Part shown: in pieces, positions 1 to 12,779 of the stretch | Numbering within the stretch: position 1 is the first letter of the stretch | How the letters are laid out: each line of letters begins with the position of its first letter | Assembly: GCA_024137785.1 (NCBI GenBank) | Contig: JAHRHZ010000218.1 | Span: 10,067,624 to 10,131,623 of the forward strand | Source: Ginglymostoma cirratum | Taxonomy: Eukaryota | DNA: 64,000 nt | Direction of reading: 5' to 3' | Program-made: the position numbers and the translations under genes | The notes under the pieces: model-generated | The model's input: the letters and a program-made list of their open reading frames with translations, nothing else | Told to the model about the DNA's origin: nothing | Databases searched by the model: none

Positions 1-2410
1 ACCAGTGGATGGTTGCAATCCACTGAAGTGTGGAACTTGTTGCTCTTTCCTGCTACTATTGGGGCATGATGCTAATGGGAGCCACTGACAGTTATTGGGG
101 ATTGTGCTTCAGTGATGTGGTGACATGTTGGAGGTCAAGCTGTGTTAAAGCTGCAATGTAGGGATTCACAGAGCTGTGGCACAAGTGGTTACGCTTCTGT
201 ATTAACCTGTCAGAGGGGATGACGACATCAATGACTGAAATAGCAGTCACACATCAAGTCACACGCAATGAATAGGCCATGTAGTGTGAAAATCCCTGGA
301 GAGTGTTCCTGCTGTTGTTTATCTACTTGCTGCTGCTCCACTGTGGCATGTGGTGGCAGGGCCGACTCACCACTGGGACAGCTTCGATTCCAGCAGAACA
401 TGCTATAATTAATCTCAATAAATGTCTCAACACTATAAGTACCTAGATTTTCATGTTTGCTCTTGCAGGACAGTGTTATTCTTACTAATAATGCCGTAGC
501 ATTCTTCCCAAAGATTGAGATTTCAATTCCTGTGATGGTTACATCATTACTACGAAATTAAAACATTCTTTTTTAAACAGAACATACAAGGCAGAGCTTT
601 CAATTTTCTGGGAATCATGGCCCTTGAGGTCAGAAGGCCAGCCTACCATAAAATACCAGCCAATCCAAGACTGCTGTCTCTTCAAGGGATCCATTAAGTG
701 ACCCATGAAGAAAAATGGTTTGTATAGGAACTACTTGTCAGTCACCCATGATTTGCTGCACCATGTAGTCATCCAATGACACACAGGGTCTCAAAGTTTG
801 TGTCCGCAGAGTTTATGTTCCAGTAGCGTTTGAAAGCTGACACTGATAGCTGGCATTGTTAATCTAATACTGAATTCTATTTGCAGCACAGAAACAGTTC
901 TTTGAGACGAATAGGTTAATGCCAGTGCTTATGCTCCATATCACATCTTCGAATAAGAATTCATTCGCTTACTTAGCTCCAATACAAGCTAATTTAATAT
1001 AAGAACCAAACTTCCTATCTGGTTATCTTTTGAGTTGTTCCCTTTTCCAATGAATTTGTACATATATATATATGCAATGGTGCCTCTGCTTTTACTTCCC
1101 TGATCTCTTCTCATATGTGTGAATGCAATACATCTGGATCTTTCTAGGGTAGATTGGTTTATCTGTTATGTCCCTCTTTTATAGCTGAAATGTCTTTGCA
1201 TCTGTTCTGAATTTTTCTTATAATTGCACCCATAATCCTAGTTCCACTAGTAAATACTAAAACAATGTTTTTTGCCATTTTATTCTCATTACCTGTGAGC
1301 ATAACATCGAAATTGATTTGAAGCTATCCATATCCTGATTTTCCTTTTGTTATTTAAATATCTACAGAATTTTTCATATTTTTTGATAATTCATTTTGAT
1401 ACTTTCTCTTTGCCTTTATTTCCAAATCTTCCAATTTTCCAAATGGCAGTCTCTTCTTTGTTCTTTGTGTATGTTCTCCTTCAATTTTAATTTTACCCTG
1501 TTTTTATTCATTCACGCATTATTGTTCACTAGATTTTTTTCTTGCTTTTTAATGGGACGTATTTATCTTGTACTGTTTCAATAATTTCTAAAGGTTTCCC
1601 ATTGCTGCTCCATGTCTTTGCTTGTCAGCAAATATCTGTTACATTCAGTTGCAGTTACATTCTCCTCTCCTTGAAATCAGTTTCTTTTGGTCTTCATTTT
1701 ACTTCTATCCTTCTCAGTCTTTTTCTTAGCTCTTATTATGTTATGATCGCTATTGCCTTAATACTTCCCGAAGCTTACTTGTTTTATGTAATCTAATTAA
1801 TTTTCCATTATGCTTCTGTATGTAAATTGTTAGCACCTTGAATTTAGGCTAATATTTGAACATCACCTGGTGTTCAAATGATACCCAGCAACCAGCAACC
1901 AAATGAAAAGTAGTAGACAAGAATAAACAACATTTTTTGTGCAAACTGATTTTAAGAAGTTTAAGCTATTTTTAACGGAAACCAATTAAACCAAATCTCA
2001 GGAAATATTAAACAAATTTACATTCAGTTTCCCTTGGTAGTATGGGCTTAATTAACATTGGTCTGTGCATAACCTCACATTGTTGGCTGTCCTTGTCAGG
2101 TTGAATGTTGGTCTGTAAAGGCCTATGCCAAAATGGAAGCCTTGGGGGTAGTTTTTCTCATCATTTGCTATGATCATTGCATGGTTGTGGCTTTCAGGGA
2201 AAATTGAGGGGGTAAAAAATGGGATTTTTCTACCCCTAAGGACCTAAAAGGAATATGCCATAAATGTTGAAGAAATCAAGATGTCACAACTGTATCTTGG
2301 TAAATCCATTCAGATTATCCATGTCTCTGTTAGTTTCATAATATTCAGATGAACCTCGTGCTTTTATTCTGTGTATGTGTAATTTGCCTCTTCATCTGTT
2401 GGTATTACAG

Positions 2411-2590
2411 GACCTTAGAAGTGCAGCCCAACAGATTAACAGTGGGCGGAATCAGATCCATAGAACCGATTCTTCAAAGGAAAGGACAGGTGGTCACCCA
2501 TGACTTTGTTGGATGTGTGATGGAATTTGCTGTTAATGGCCGTCCATTGGAACCCAGTCAAGCTCTGGCAAGCCATGGAATTCTGGACAG
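2411..2590 (+). CDS. FAT4: FAT4 internal coding exon (end of first laminin-G domain); upstream exons lie outside the window
   Basis: Acceptor ...tattacAG at 2409-2410, donor GT at 2591. Translates TLEVQPNRLTVGGIRSIEPILQRKGQVVTHDFVGCVMEFAVNGRPLEPSQALASHGILD, matching vertebrate FAT4 as I recall it. 180 nt, phase 2/2, in frame with the next exon. Confidence 0.93.
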
Positions 2591-3232
2591 GTCTGGCAAT
2601 TGAGAATTTCTTTTAAATGTTCTTTCAAATCAAGTACACTGTGTAAAGTGTCTCCTGTGTTCATATGATATTCTGTTTTTACTATTTTAAGAACAGGATT
2701 AAAGGTTTATATTTCTGTTAAATAGAATGTAAAACATCGTGTTATGGTCTTTCCCATTAACACCCTCCATTAGTAATTTAAATTGGAATTTAAAATTGAA
2801 TTTTCTCATTAAACTTGGTTTTTTTACAGAAAATAAGATTACAGTTTGTGCATGTTCTGGTGACTTTTTTAACTAGTACAACGGAAAGATTGAAGTTTAA
2901 ATGCTGAACAAAAGATGTAGGAATAGTGAAATAGAAAATTTTAATTCTTACCCTTTTTATCTTTTACCATTCTAGAATTTTAATCTATGTTTCTTTATGC
3001 CATGAAGGAATATAGTAAAATGCAGTAAAATATTTCTCACATCACCAACCTGTTTACTGCTGCTGCCTCTGCAATGGCAACAAGGTTCATAGGGAGAAAA
3101 GAAAATTTTATTTGATGTGTTGGGAAAATTTCAGTTAACTGAGGCATTCGTCTTTATAAAGTTAAATTTAAGTGGGTTTAACTTTGTTGCGTGCTAGAAT
3201 AATTTACTATATGAAATGTTATTTCATTTCAG

Positions 3233-3357
3233 GTGCGTCCGAGTAGAAGGAGCTTGTCTAAATAGTCCCTGCCAACATGACAGCTCATGCGTGGATTATT
3301 GGTCATGGCAGCAATGTAACTGCAAGCATGGATTTACCGGAAAATATTGTGAAAAAT
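3233..3357 (+). CDS. FAT4: FAT4 exon, EGF-like domain
   Basis: Acceptor atttcatttcAG, donor GTAAGG at 3358. Translates (R)CVRVEGACLNSPCQHDSSCVDYWSWQQCNCKHGFTGKYCEK with EGF cysteine spacing. 125 nt, phase 2 to 1. Not in the ORF track, whose 3277 ORF is in another frame. Confidence 0.95.
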
Positions 3358-4552
3358 GTAAGGCTTAAATTTTTTTTTTTAAATTGCATGTCCACAGTGT
3401 GTAATGTTCTGATAATTTATCCCATAAAACATGAAAAATTGTCTTCTGGGAGAAAAGGAATTAATGTCCTTAATTAGAGCAGAGGGCATTCCAACTGCGA
3501 GAGGCTAGCAATAAGATAGCAGTTTTTTTATATTGTGAAGGGTAAAATTAACACATAAAACATGGTGTCAGGCACTGTGAGATTGGGTACTGGTCTGAAT
3601 GAGAAATGAAGAAGCTGTTCATTGATGTAAAACAATGTGTCATTACAGATATCAGTTAAACGGCTAATATGTTTTCAACCCATATTGATAGAGCCTCAGT
3701 TCTATTGCACAAGGAACTAGCAGTCAACCAAGCTGATCTCAATATCCCAAGAGGCTCAGATATTCCCAAGACTCAGTGTCTCACTGTGAACTGACAAGTT
3801 TATTATCACATGCCTTACATATAGCTGAACCTAAGAATTAGTATGAATTGGCCCAGTAATGCAAAACGTTTGGAAATATATGATAGACCATTGCGAGGCC
3901 CCACTGTTTCTACTAACTTCATTGGATGACAATAATATATTGAAATGTTTCATCACCATTGTATATTTTTGTTGGGTGTTCTAGATTGTTCAAAATGAGA
4001 ACTTATATTCAGATTCAACAAATAAATGCTGACTGGGTATAATCTAAGAATTATGATCAGGTAAAATTATTAAGAGTAACACTAGTTTACAACCTCATAT
4101 TCATCACACCATAAGGAATTTGCTTTTCATTATTTATTTTCTATGCTGGCAATTCAGAGCTGTCATAATATGCAGTGCATCAGGCTGAAAGTGAAGACAA
4201 GCAACGTGTCAAGGGGTTCACTAATAAACAATGCTGGCTCCCCCTGCAGCATTCTGTCTAATGTTGGCTCTAAGATTGTCAGGTAATGAGGTGATTGGTA
4301 CCAAAATAGATGAGTAGAACTTTCAGCACTAAAACAGGCTGTTGAGCTGCTCATTACAGTGCGAGTACTAGCTTAATGTCATAGCTTGCTAATCCTATTT
4401 CCCATTTTGTAGCCCAGAACATTTTTATTTCATTTTTCATTGAGAAGTATTAAATTCCTTCTTCAATGTCAATTTTGAGTTAGATTTAATAGGCAGTCGT
4501 AGTAATATGTTTCTTATTTTAGATACCCTTTGCATGACCTCTTTGCACGTGA

Positions 4553-4625
4553 GCCCAGATAGCTCAGTTAGTAGCGTATCAGACTTTTAGTCTGAGGGTC
4601 CAGGGTTTAAGTCCCTGTTTGGGTG
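4553..4625 (+). pseudogene. tRNA-Lys(UUU)-derived sequence, head of a chimeric SINE-like element
   Basis: 73 nt GCCCAGATAGCTCAGTTAGTAGCGTATCAGACTTTTAGTCTGAGGGTCCAGGGTTTAAGTCCCTGTTTGGGTG. Nine differences from the vertebrate tRNA-Lys-UUU sequence as I recall it. Anticodon TTT at 4586-4588. T-loop GTTC is mutated to GTTT and the D-loop GG is lost. Confidence 0.85.
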
Positions 4626-4747
4626 CACAGGTTAGATGGATTAGTTGTGGTAAATGCGGTGATAGGGGAAGGAGTGTGGGTCTTGATGGGATGTTCTTCA
4701 TAGGGTCAGTCTGGACTCACTGACCCACTTCTACACTATAGGGATTC
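4626..4747 (+). mobile_element. 3' half of HE1-like V-SINE (CR1-derived tail) fused to the tRNA-Lys head
   Basis: Aligns by eye with the reverse complement of the SINE copy at 42874-43020 (ggttag.tgga...aaatgc.ggt..gatagg...tgggtc...ggattc). Confidence 0.75.
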
Positions 4748-5058
4748 ACTTTTGTAAATTTATTCCTGTGACCAACTTCTTGTTGCCAAATCATTATCTA
4801 CTGGTGATGACGTTTCACTATTTGTCATTTCAAACCCTTTCAAAGCCTGGAATATCTCTGTTGGCTGATCCTTTAACTTTCTCTACACTGGTGAAAACTA
4901 AATGAATATTTACTGTTGCACTGTTTAGTTTGGTACATTTGGACAGAATTAACAATGGCATATTCTTGACAATTAACTAACTATAATTTGAACTTTGAAA
5001 GCTCTTTCCAAATATTTCAAAGTCAATGTTCATTATGGCAAAAATATTATTCTTCTAG

Positions 5059-5276
5059 TGATCAACGTGGACACCGCATTGTCACTGGATGGTAGAGGAC
5101 GCCTGGACTATTCAATTAATCAAAATAAGAAGCGAGACTATTTAGTAAAGCGGAGTTTGAAAGGGCAGCCTCCAGATCCTGTGAGTGCAAGCAGCCTGGA
5201 CATAAAGTTCAGAACAAGAAGCAAAAATGGCATTTTAATTCATGTCCAGGAAAACAGTAATTATACTACTGTGAAG
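5059..5276 (+). CDS. FAT4: FAT4 exon, start of second laminin-G domain
   Basis: Acceptor ttcttctAG, donor GTAAGA at 5277. Translates (L)INVDTALSLDGRGRLDYSINQNKKRDYL...SLDIKFRTRSKNGILIHVQENSNYTTVK. 218 nt, phase 1 to 0. Confidence 0.95.
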
Positions 5277-6808
5277 GTAAGATTAAAGCTAGTTTTAGAT
5301 GATTTGATTAGACTGCATGCACTGCTACGGTTTTAATCATTGTTCCCATCACCCATGTCCTTTCTTCATAAAGTATTGGTCACACTGCTGGGAGGTTTTA
5401 ACTAATGCTAGGCATTGTGCCAAAAACATCCCTCATCTTAACTCTTGCCAACCAGTTCCAGGCTAAATGATTGACTCCCCAGCCTTCAGCTCCAAAAGCC
5501 ATGGTTTCCTGCAATGTGATCAGGAATGGGAGAACAATGTATTTTGTGTCTAACACCTATATCCGAGCTAAACATCATAAACAAAAATAACTAACAAAAG
5601 TTGGGTGTGGTGCTTTAAACAAAAATAATGTTTAGTTGTTGGATATTGAGTAAGTGACTCATTTAAAGTAGATACTGTCTTAATTCAGCAAAGACAGGTG
5701 AATGTTAAAGTTTTGAATAAAACTCTCAAAAAAGTGCGCGTATACAGGTCAGTCAATAACTGAGGAAGTGAGAAGACAGTTTTATAGTTCAGTGGAAACC
5801 TGATAAAGGAATATGAATTTTCAACTTTCCTTTTTCAAAAATGTTTTGTTTTCCAGGCATATGTTCAGCAGTAACTTTCAGAATATCTTCTTGACCTTTG
5901 CAGTTTTCAGATACTTCACACATCTAATTCCCTTATTGTTGAAGCATTGATCCTAACATGATGGATATAGCACAGAGCTCCTATTACTAATAGTGGAATC
6001 AGTTACCTTTTATTGGATTGCTTGTAATAATTGTTCTTCTAAAACAAAATAATACGATAATATAAAGCTTAGAATTAAAAAGATTTGTTAATCCTTCAAT
6101 GAAAAGAATAGAAATGTGACTGTTGTTTTTGTCCATAAATCTTTCTGAATAAGACAGTTTCATTTTTCAGTGGCAAAGTTCACGGTGTTTGTAAAGTACT
6201 GCATAGAGTAACTCAAGAAGTCAAATGGCCCTTCAGATATATGTAAATGATATAGCTAGCCAGTCAGAGATGGTTATTAATGAGGACAGGCTGGTGTACA
6301 AAGGGAACCTGATATTAGAAAATTCAGGGAGGTTGCATACCATCACTTTATGTCAGGCAAAAGTAAATGATGAAATTTGACATATTTGTTTTTCTATAGA
6401 GTGTTCTGACCCAACACTACTTAAAAGCTACGTGTCACAAGCCATATGAAGACTTCTGCATAGTTGCCATAGCGTTTTGACTTAACAGGCATTAAAATTG
6501 AAAATGGCATAAATCCAAACGGTCAAAGCATTTATTTGCTTTTGAAGAATTTAACTGTATTTCATACTGCAGTTGTGTAATACATATGGTTCTAATAGTA
6601 CAGATATTTATTGTATTATGGGAGAATGTTTTAAGAGGCTTTGCAATGTGAACAATGATTTCAATGTAGAATTAGCTTGCAAATCTGATATCCTAATGAG
6701 CACCAAAGTGATCATTTGAATTCAACAGTTTTTGCTTTGAGTTTGCTTTTGCCATCAATTCTTTTAATTGCAATGAATTAACAGGTTTTTTTTATCCTTT
6801 TCCTCCAG

Positions 6809-7070
6809 GTGAAAAATGGGAAAGTACATTATACCTCTGATGCTGGTGTTGGTGGTAAAGTAGAAAGGAATATTCCAGAGATTTCTGTTTCAGATGGCCA
6901 GTGGCATACTATTGTGATTCAGAAAAATGGATCCATTACCACCTTTTCAGTTGACAGGATACATGCTAAAGAAATACTTCATAACACCCAGGATTTTGGA
7001 GGATTGAATGTCCTCATGGTTTCCCTTGGAGGCGTACCTCCAGGGCTGAATTACCAAAGCACTGATCCAG
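6809..7070 (+). CDS. FAT4: FAT4 exon, second laminin-G domain
   Basis: Strong pyrimidine tract ttttttatccttttcctccAG, donor GTGAGA at 7071. Translates VKNGKVHYTSDAGVGGKVERNIPEISVSDGQWHTIVIQKNG...QDFGGLNVLMVSLGGVPPGLNYQSTDP. 262 nt, phase 0 to 1. Confidence 0.95.
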
Positions 7071-7699
7071 GTGAGAAGTTGCACACAAGTTATTTGTCTA
7101 CACCCCAAGAGATTGATGTTATCAATTCTTTTATCATACATCAAACACTCAGATACTGAGGATGAATAGTGAAGACATGTGAATAGATTGACGTTATAGA
7201 ATTCTGCTTGGGTACTTAAGAGGACTAGGGACTCCTTAAGCAAACCCTTCATCCTAGAGAATTAATGCCAGGCTGTAGGAGAATACTTTGTACATGATTT
7301 GAGTTTTGGTCAAATGGCTGTTTCTCACTCCTGATTATTGTATTACAACGTTGATGTATGTAGTTTTGATATGCCATGTTTGCCTTCATTACAACAATGA
7401 TGACACTTTAAAACTACTTATCATTTTTGGATTTTTGAGCTGATGAAGACACTACAGAAATGCTATTTTTTAATCCTTGATTGTCAGAAGAGGCATGACG
7501 TATTGTAACTATCATGACCGAACCAGAGAAGGCCAAGATGAGATTTCATAGAGGCCAAAAAACAATTATGTTTTGTCAAAATGAAAGCCACCTTCCTTTC
7601 ATTGTCCAACCAATGTCAAGGGTTGATTAACTTAAAATTGTTGCTAAGCAATGAGAGAGCGATTAAGATAAATATCTTTATACAGATGGCTAAAGAACA

Positions 7700-8090
7700 G
7701 GGATTATTGAGATAAGGGTCATTTAAATGCAGATGTGAAGATGTTCAGGACAGGAATACCACAAAATTGATTTAAACTAGTCAAAGATCTGACTACAAAA
7801 GGTGGATTGAAAGGTCGGGTGCAGAGAAGAGCAGAGTTGATGAAATGGAGATCTAGGTTGCAGCTATTGGCAGGAATGAGACCATAAAATATTCAGACAT
7901 GAGGCTGAGAATGTTTAATTTGAAGCATTGGTTCTCAGTTCCCCAAAGTAGGTTAATAAAGACAGGAATGTAAATGAAGAGAACTTGGTGCAGTGTACCT
8001 TGAAGGAAATAGATTTCTGAGTGTGCTCAATGGTGGCAGCAGTGTGGATGACAGGACGGCTGTGGACTAGCAGTTAGTTAGTGCTACTAG
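7700..8090 (-). mobile_element. Degenerate L2-like LINE fragment
   Basis: Purine-rich + strand resembling the clearer L2 3' copy at 28648-29170. Heavily decayed. Confidence 0.4.
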
Positions 8091-8221
8091 ACGTGGGATA
8101 TAACACAGACAATGCAAAACTAAAATGGACCAGGAATTAAAGCAGGACCCAATTCCACAAACAGTCAGCATCTGCCAGAATGATTTATTTCACAAAAGTT
8201 CTGACCAATTAATAAATGAAA

Positions 8222-9060
8222 ACCTTAAGATGCGGGAGAAGAAGCAGCCCATTCAGCTCACTGAGCGTGCTCTGACAAATGATGAAATTTTGACTGATCT
8301 GATAACCCTCACCTCTACTTCCAATCCTTTTCACCATAACCCTTTATTCCCTTGCTGATCAAAAATCTGTCCACCTGAGCTTTGAATTCACTTAGCACAG
8401 AGAGTTGTCGAGGCTAACTGGCTAAAGAATTCTGCAGATTCATTGCCCTGTGAGAGAGAATAAACTGTCTTGTCTCTGTCTTAAATGGGTAACTCCTTAT
8501 TCTGAGATTACACCATCAGGCCCTAGACTCTCCCATAAGGGGAAACAACCTCTCTGCATCTACACCATCAAGCTGCTTAGGAATCTTTTATCTTTCAATA
8601 AGGTTGCATCTCATTCTTCTAAATTCCAATGAATACAGGCCCATTTTGCTCAGCCTTTCTATAAACCAATCCATATGAGTGTTAGCCTAGCGAACCTTCT
8701 GTGAACTACCTCCAAAGTCACTATATCTTTCATTAGATAAGGGGACCAAAACCGCCCACAGAATTCTAGCTGTATCCTGACGAGTGCCTTGTATTATTTT
8801 AGCAAAACCTCCCTACGTTTATCGTCTGTTCTCTTTGAAATAAAGGCCTGCATTCCATTTGCCTTCCATATTAACTGTTGAATTTGGCAGCTAGCTTTTT
8901 GTGATTTAAGCGCAAGGACTGCCAAATCTCTGTGCGCTGTAGCTTTCTGTAGTCTTTCGCCATCTAAATAATATTCTGCTCCTCTGTTCTTCCTTTTGAT
9001 GTGCATATCCTCACATTTTCCCACATTATTATCCAAATGCCAAGTTTTTGCCCATTCATT
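8222..9060 (-). mobile_element. CR1 LINE 3' fragment
   Basis: Minus ORF 8794-9177 contains WAKTWHLDNNVGKCEDMHIKRKNRGAEYYLDGERLQ...RDLAVL...KANGMQAFISKR, the typical CR1 ORF2 post-RT region. Confidence 0.85.
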
Positions 9061-9769
9061 TGATAGCGCGGTATATGGAAAATACAGACTTCTCATGACT
9101 AATGCTTCAGCATCACTGTTTACCGGAATCAGTGTTGCACCGTTGGCATTTAGACCTGCTAAGGAAATGGTATTCAATCTAAAACATTGCCTTGCTTAGT
9201 GTGGTAAATTGTTTTCCTGTTCACTGGATAATATTGGAGATCAAAAATAAATTCACCAATAAGCAAACAACACCACTCTCCGGCAGGAGCTGTAGACATT
9301 TTCCCTGTCTCCTTCATAAATACTGGAGGAAACCTGCCACAAATACAAAAGATGGAATTTTTCCAGCCCTTAAGCAGCATGGGCAATGGTGATGAACTTC
9401 AGAAAATTAGGTGAGAATGGAAAAATCTGACTATTGATATAGAGAAAAGAACTTGCAATTAAGCAGCGACTACCTTATTTCTATATGTTTACCTGTCATT
9501 GTTAGCTAATCCCACCACATTTAAATGCAGCTCATTATTCTCCAGTGCACTGTCAAGAACCTTTTGAGTGCCAGTTCCTGACATAAAAGTCAGAGTTATT
9601 ATCTGCTGGATGCAGCTCCCTGCTTGCTTCTCTGGGCCTTCAACTTAGGATCCATTCACCACCAACACGTTGCACACTCTATTTACAACAATTGCCTCCA
9701 CCCTCCATCCACAGAAGTCATCATTGGCAAAACACCAACCTTAACATCATCGTAGCTGATATTGGGCTG

Positions 9770-10110
9770 ATTCATTATACAGTTTGGTACTTCACTGATG
9801 CCTCATATTGCAATGCTCTTGCCAAGTCACACTGCACACAAGAAAGCACACTCATGCTTCTGTACAAGAAGAAGCAACTTTTGCTATCTAGGATGCACCT
9901 CAATCTGGGGAGCAGGAGCCCATCCAAGATCCCAACAGATGCCCTGCAACAACTTAATGCTTGGAGCAGAGTAATTTTCATTGAGGTGACATTTGTGTCC
10001 TATTCTTGGGAGGAAGCCCTACCTAAGGGAATTGCCAGCCATTTGAATCTTTGGAGCTCTGCAGTCTGAGCAGTGCCACATGGGAGTGATGGTCACTGCT
10101 AGGACAATAG
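9770..10110 (-). mobile_element. Possible degenerate PIF/Harbinger transposase C-terminal fragment
   Basis: Minus ORF contains ASVGIL...RLRCILDSKS, resembling Harbinger TIGxLKxRFRCLDRS. Weak similarity. Confidence 0.35.
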
Positions 10111-10115
10111 GCAAA

Positions 10116-10683
10116 CATAGAGTTATACAGCATGGAAACAAAGCCTTTGGTCCAACTGGTCTGCATTGACCAGCTGTCCTAAACTGATCTAGTTCCATTT
10201 GCCAGCGTTTGGCCCATATCCCTCTCAAGATGTCTGTTTCAGGTACCCATGTAGATGCCTTTTAAATGTTGTAATTGTAACCACCTGGACCACTTCATCT
10301 TGCAGCTCATTCCACACATGCACCACCTTTTGCGTGAAAAAGTTGCCCCTCAGGTCCCTTTTAAATCTTCCCCCCTCACCTTAAACCTATGCCCTCTGGT
10401 TTTGGACTCCCCTACCTGGGGAAAAAGACCACGGCTATTCACCTTATCCATGCCCTCATGATTTTATAATCCTCAATAAGGCCACCCCTCAGCCTTCAAT
10501 GTTCCAGGGAGAAAAGCCTCAGCCTATTCAGCCTGTCCCTTTTGCTCAAACCCTCCAACTCCAGCAACATTCTTGTAAATCTTTTTTGAACCCTGCCAAG
10601 TTTAACAACATCTCTCCTATAGCAGAGAGACCAAGACTGAACACAGTATTCCAAAAATGGCCTCACCAATTTCCTGTACAGCC
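10116..10683 (-). mobile_element. CR1 LINE 3' end (5'-truncated)
   Basis: Minus ORF LYRKLVRPFLEYCVQSWSLCYRRDVVKLGRVQKRFTRMLLELEGLSKRDRLNRLRLFSLE is the canonical CR1 ORF2 C-terminus. The 3' tail matches the copies at 38097 and 63023. Confidence 0.92.
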
Positions 10684-12779
10684 CCTCCAAGGAGTTGAGT
10701 TATGTCTAGGGTCGGGGTGTCAGGTGGTTGGGGGGGGGGTGTCATGTTCAAGAGATCAGAAAGCAAATTGAGAAACGGGGAGAGCTGCCTCAGATGGGTA
10801 CCAGGATCCCACAAATGTCATTTTGTCTAGCACCAGCCTGTGCAACAAGAGCTGTCAGCCTGCCTGCATTCTGTAGGCCTCCCCCTGCCATGAGTAATAT
10901 GTTAGCTATGGGAAAAAGCCTTTAAGGGGCTATTAATTGTTAACTTATGGGCCTTAATAGGACATATGGGCCACCCAAACCTCCTGGCCCCCTCCCATAA
11001 AATTCCATACAGCTTCGGGGCAAGCAGGTACGTGGCAGGAAGGCCACCCTGTGTATCTTACATGTGTATCACCCCCACCACCCCTGTCTTTAAACCCACC
11101 AGCAAGGGAGTATAAGGATTTAACTCGTTACATAGGTGGGAGTTCTCTTTCATAAAGTGCCGGTTGCACCTTTTTAATGAATGATGTTTGCAATGGAAGG
11201 TACAATTTTTCCTAATTAGCTAGCAGGAATATTGCATTAGAGGTCACCTGGCTCTTTCTCCCATTTACTTCAAAAAAGACTAAATACCACACTGTCAGAA
11301 CCTTGTGTTTGGGTTATAATTCATCGTTTAGGTATACTTACCAGAATAATTGCACAAAGTCGTAAGACAACTTTGTCTTGAAAGCACAATGCCTGACTTA
11401 CCTGATGGATGTTGTATGGAAGATGACTCATACAGAGACCTTCTTAGAACCCTGACTGAGTTGAAGCAGTATGAAGCAGGGAACTGAAAACCAGAAAAAG
11501 GTCATAAATTATTTGAGTTAACCTATATATAATATAATGGCAGGGTTTATATCATCTGTTTACTGTTGACACCTGTTGGTCATTTAAATCACGTCTTATT
11601 CAATTCTGGCACATCTGTTAATATTTTTAAACAATATACAACCTGAACTCCTTTAGAACAAAGCTTCCTTGATGATTCAGCCATTTAGGATCTGATGTAT
11701 TCATCTGTATTCTTGCATTATATAACGCTTGCCAACAATTGAAACCATTCCTATGTCTGACTGGTGGAAGCTGGTGATTGTAGACATGATTTTCCTCGTC
11801 ACTGGATTTAGCACACTAACAGTTCTTCAACCTGCTGGTGTTATAAAGAATCAGGCTAGGATTCTTCCAGGAGTTCCAGACATCATTTGCATCTTCTGTA
11901 AGCAGTGTGCGTTGTGAATCATTGCTAAGAGCTCTAAAGTACTGTGCTGCAGTTGAAGGGAGGCCATTTCATTACTATAACATTACTCAAAGCAATGAGG
12001 TTGGGGTATCTTCACAAAGTTAACAAAGACTAAATTGAACACCCCTCAAAAATGTGTACCATAACACAATATGCATTAGGCCAACGTATTGCTTCAGATG
12101 CAGACGGCATGTCAACTTTGTGTTCCATTGTGATTGGCATGAAAGAGTAAGTGCAATCAGTGCTAAAGGCACTGCTAACTGACTGCAAGCAGCGGCAGTG
12201 GAACCAGTTTCATGAGAGGCCAGGATACTAAGGCTGCCAGTAGGGAAATTCAGAATGCTTCCATTATGACTGTAAATGTCCAAAGGGGTTTGCAGGAGGT
12301 CACAACAGTCTGTTCATCTGTCCCTGGGAATTCTGAGATACTGCTCCCCACGCCAACCATTCTCCCACCCCATCCTGGGGATTGGCAACTAATCTGGAGA
12401 GTGAACCTACTACCTCTCTCAGGATTCCTGAAAGGCTCCATGTTCACACTGCTCCCACTCCAGCAATGCCCATGCTGTTATCTGTGGAATGGAAGCTCCT
12501 GTAAAGGCATCTGATGCCTCCATTATTGAAAAACCGCAGTCATGTAGTAACCACAAGGGTAAACACCAAATAGAAACATCAGGGCAGGCAAAAACACACG
12601 GATGACTGACCATAAGGGAATGCAGAAGGGAGATTCATTGGCTTTTGTGTGGAATTTTGGCAAGTTTGATTTATACATTTGGCTTTGAATGTTTATTCTG
12701 TGTTGTGACAATCAGTAACGGAGGGAAGACAAGGTCTGAGACTCTTGTTGAATGGGAATTGGGATTATATTTACAGCCT

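Noticed and set aside
885-1800. Very T-rich block with two hydrophobic ORFs
   Set aside because: The hydrophobicity is a compositional artefact. Probably an old antisense CR1 remnant, too decayed to call.
3277-3477. 66-aa ORF overlapping the EGF exon
   Set aside because: Wrong frame; the real exon is read in another frame bounded by splice sites.
4553-4625. Functional tRNA-Lys gene
   Set aside because: T-loop C56 and D-loop G18 are mutated, the D-stem is disrupted, and there is no oligo-T terminator; it runs directly into a SINE tail.
5740-5900. Possible very old hammerhead-element copy (cctgataaagg...)
   Set aside because: Too degenerate; no stem II, GAAA or TSD could be assigned.
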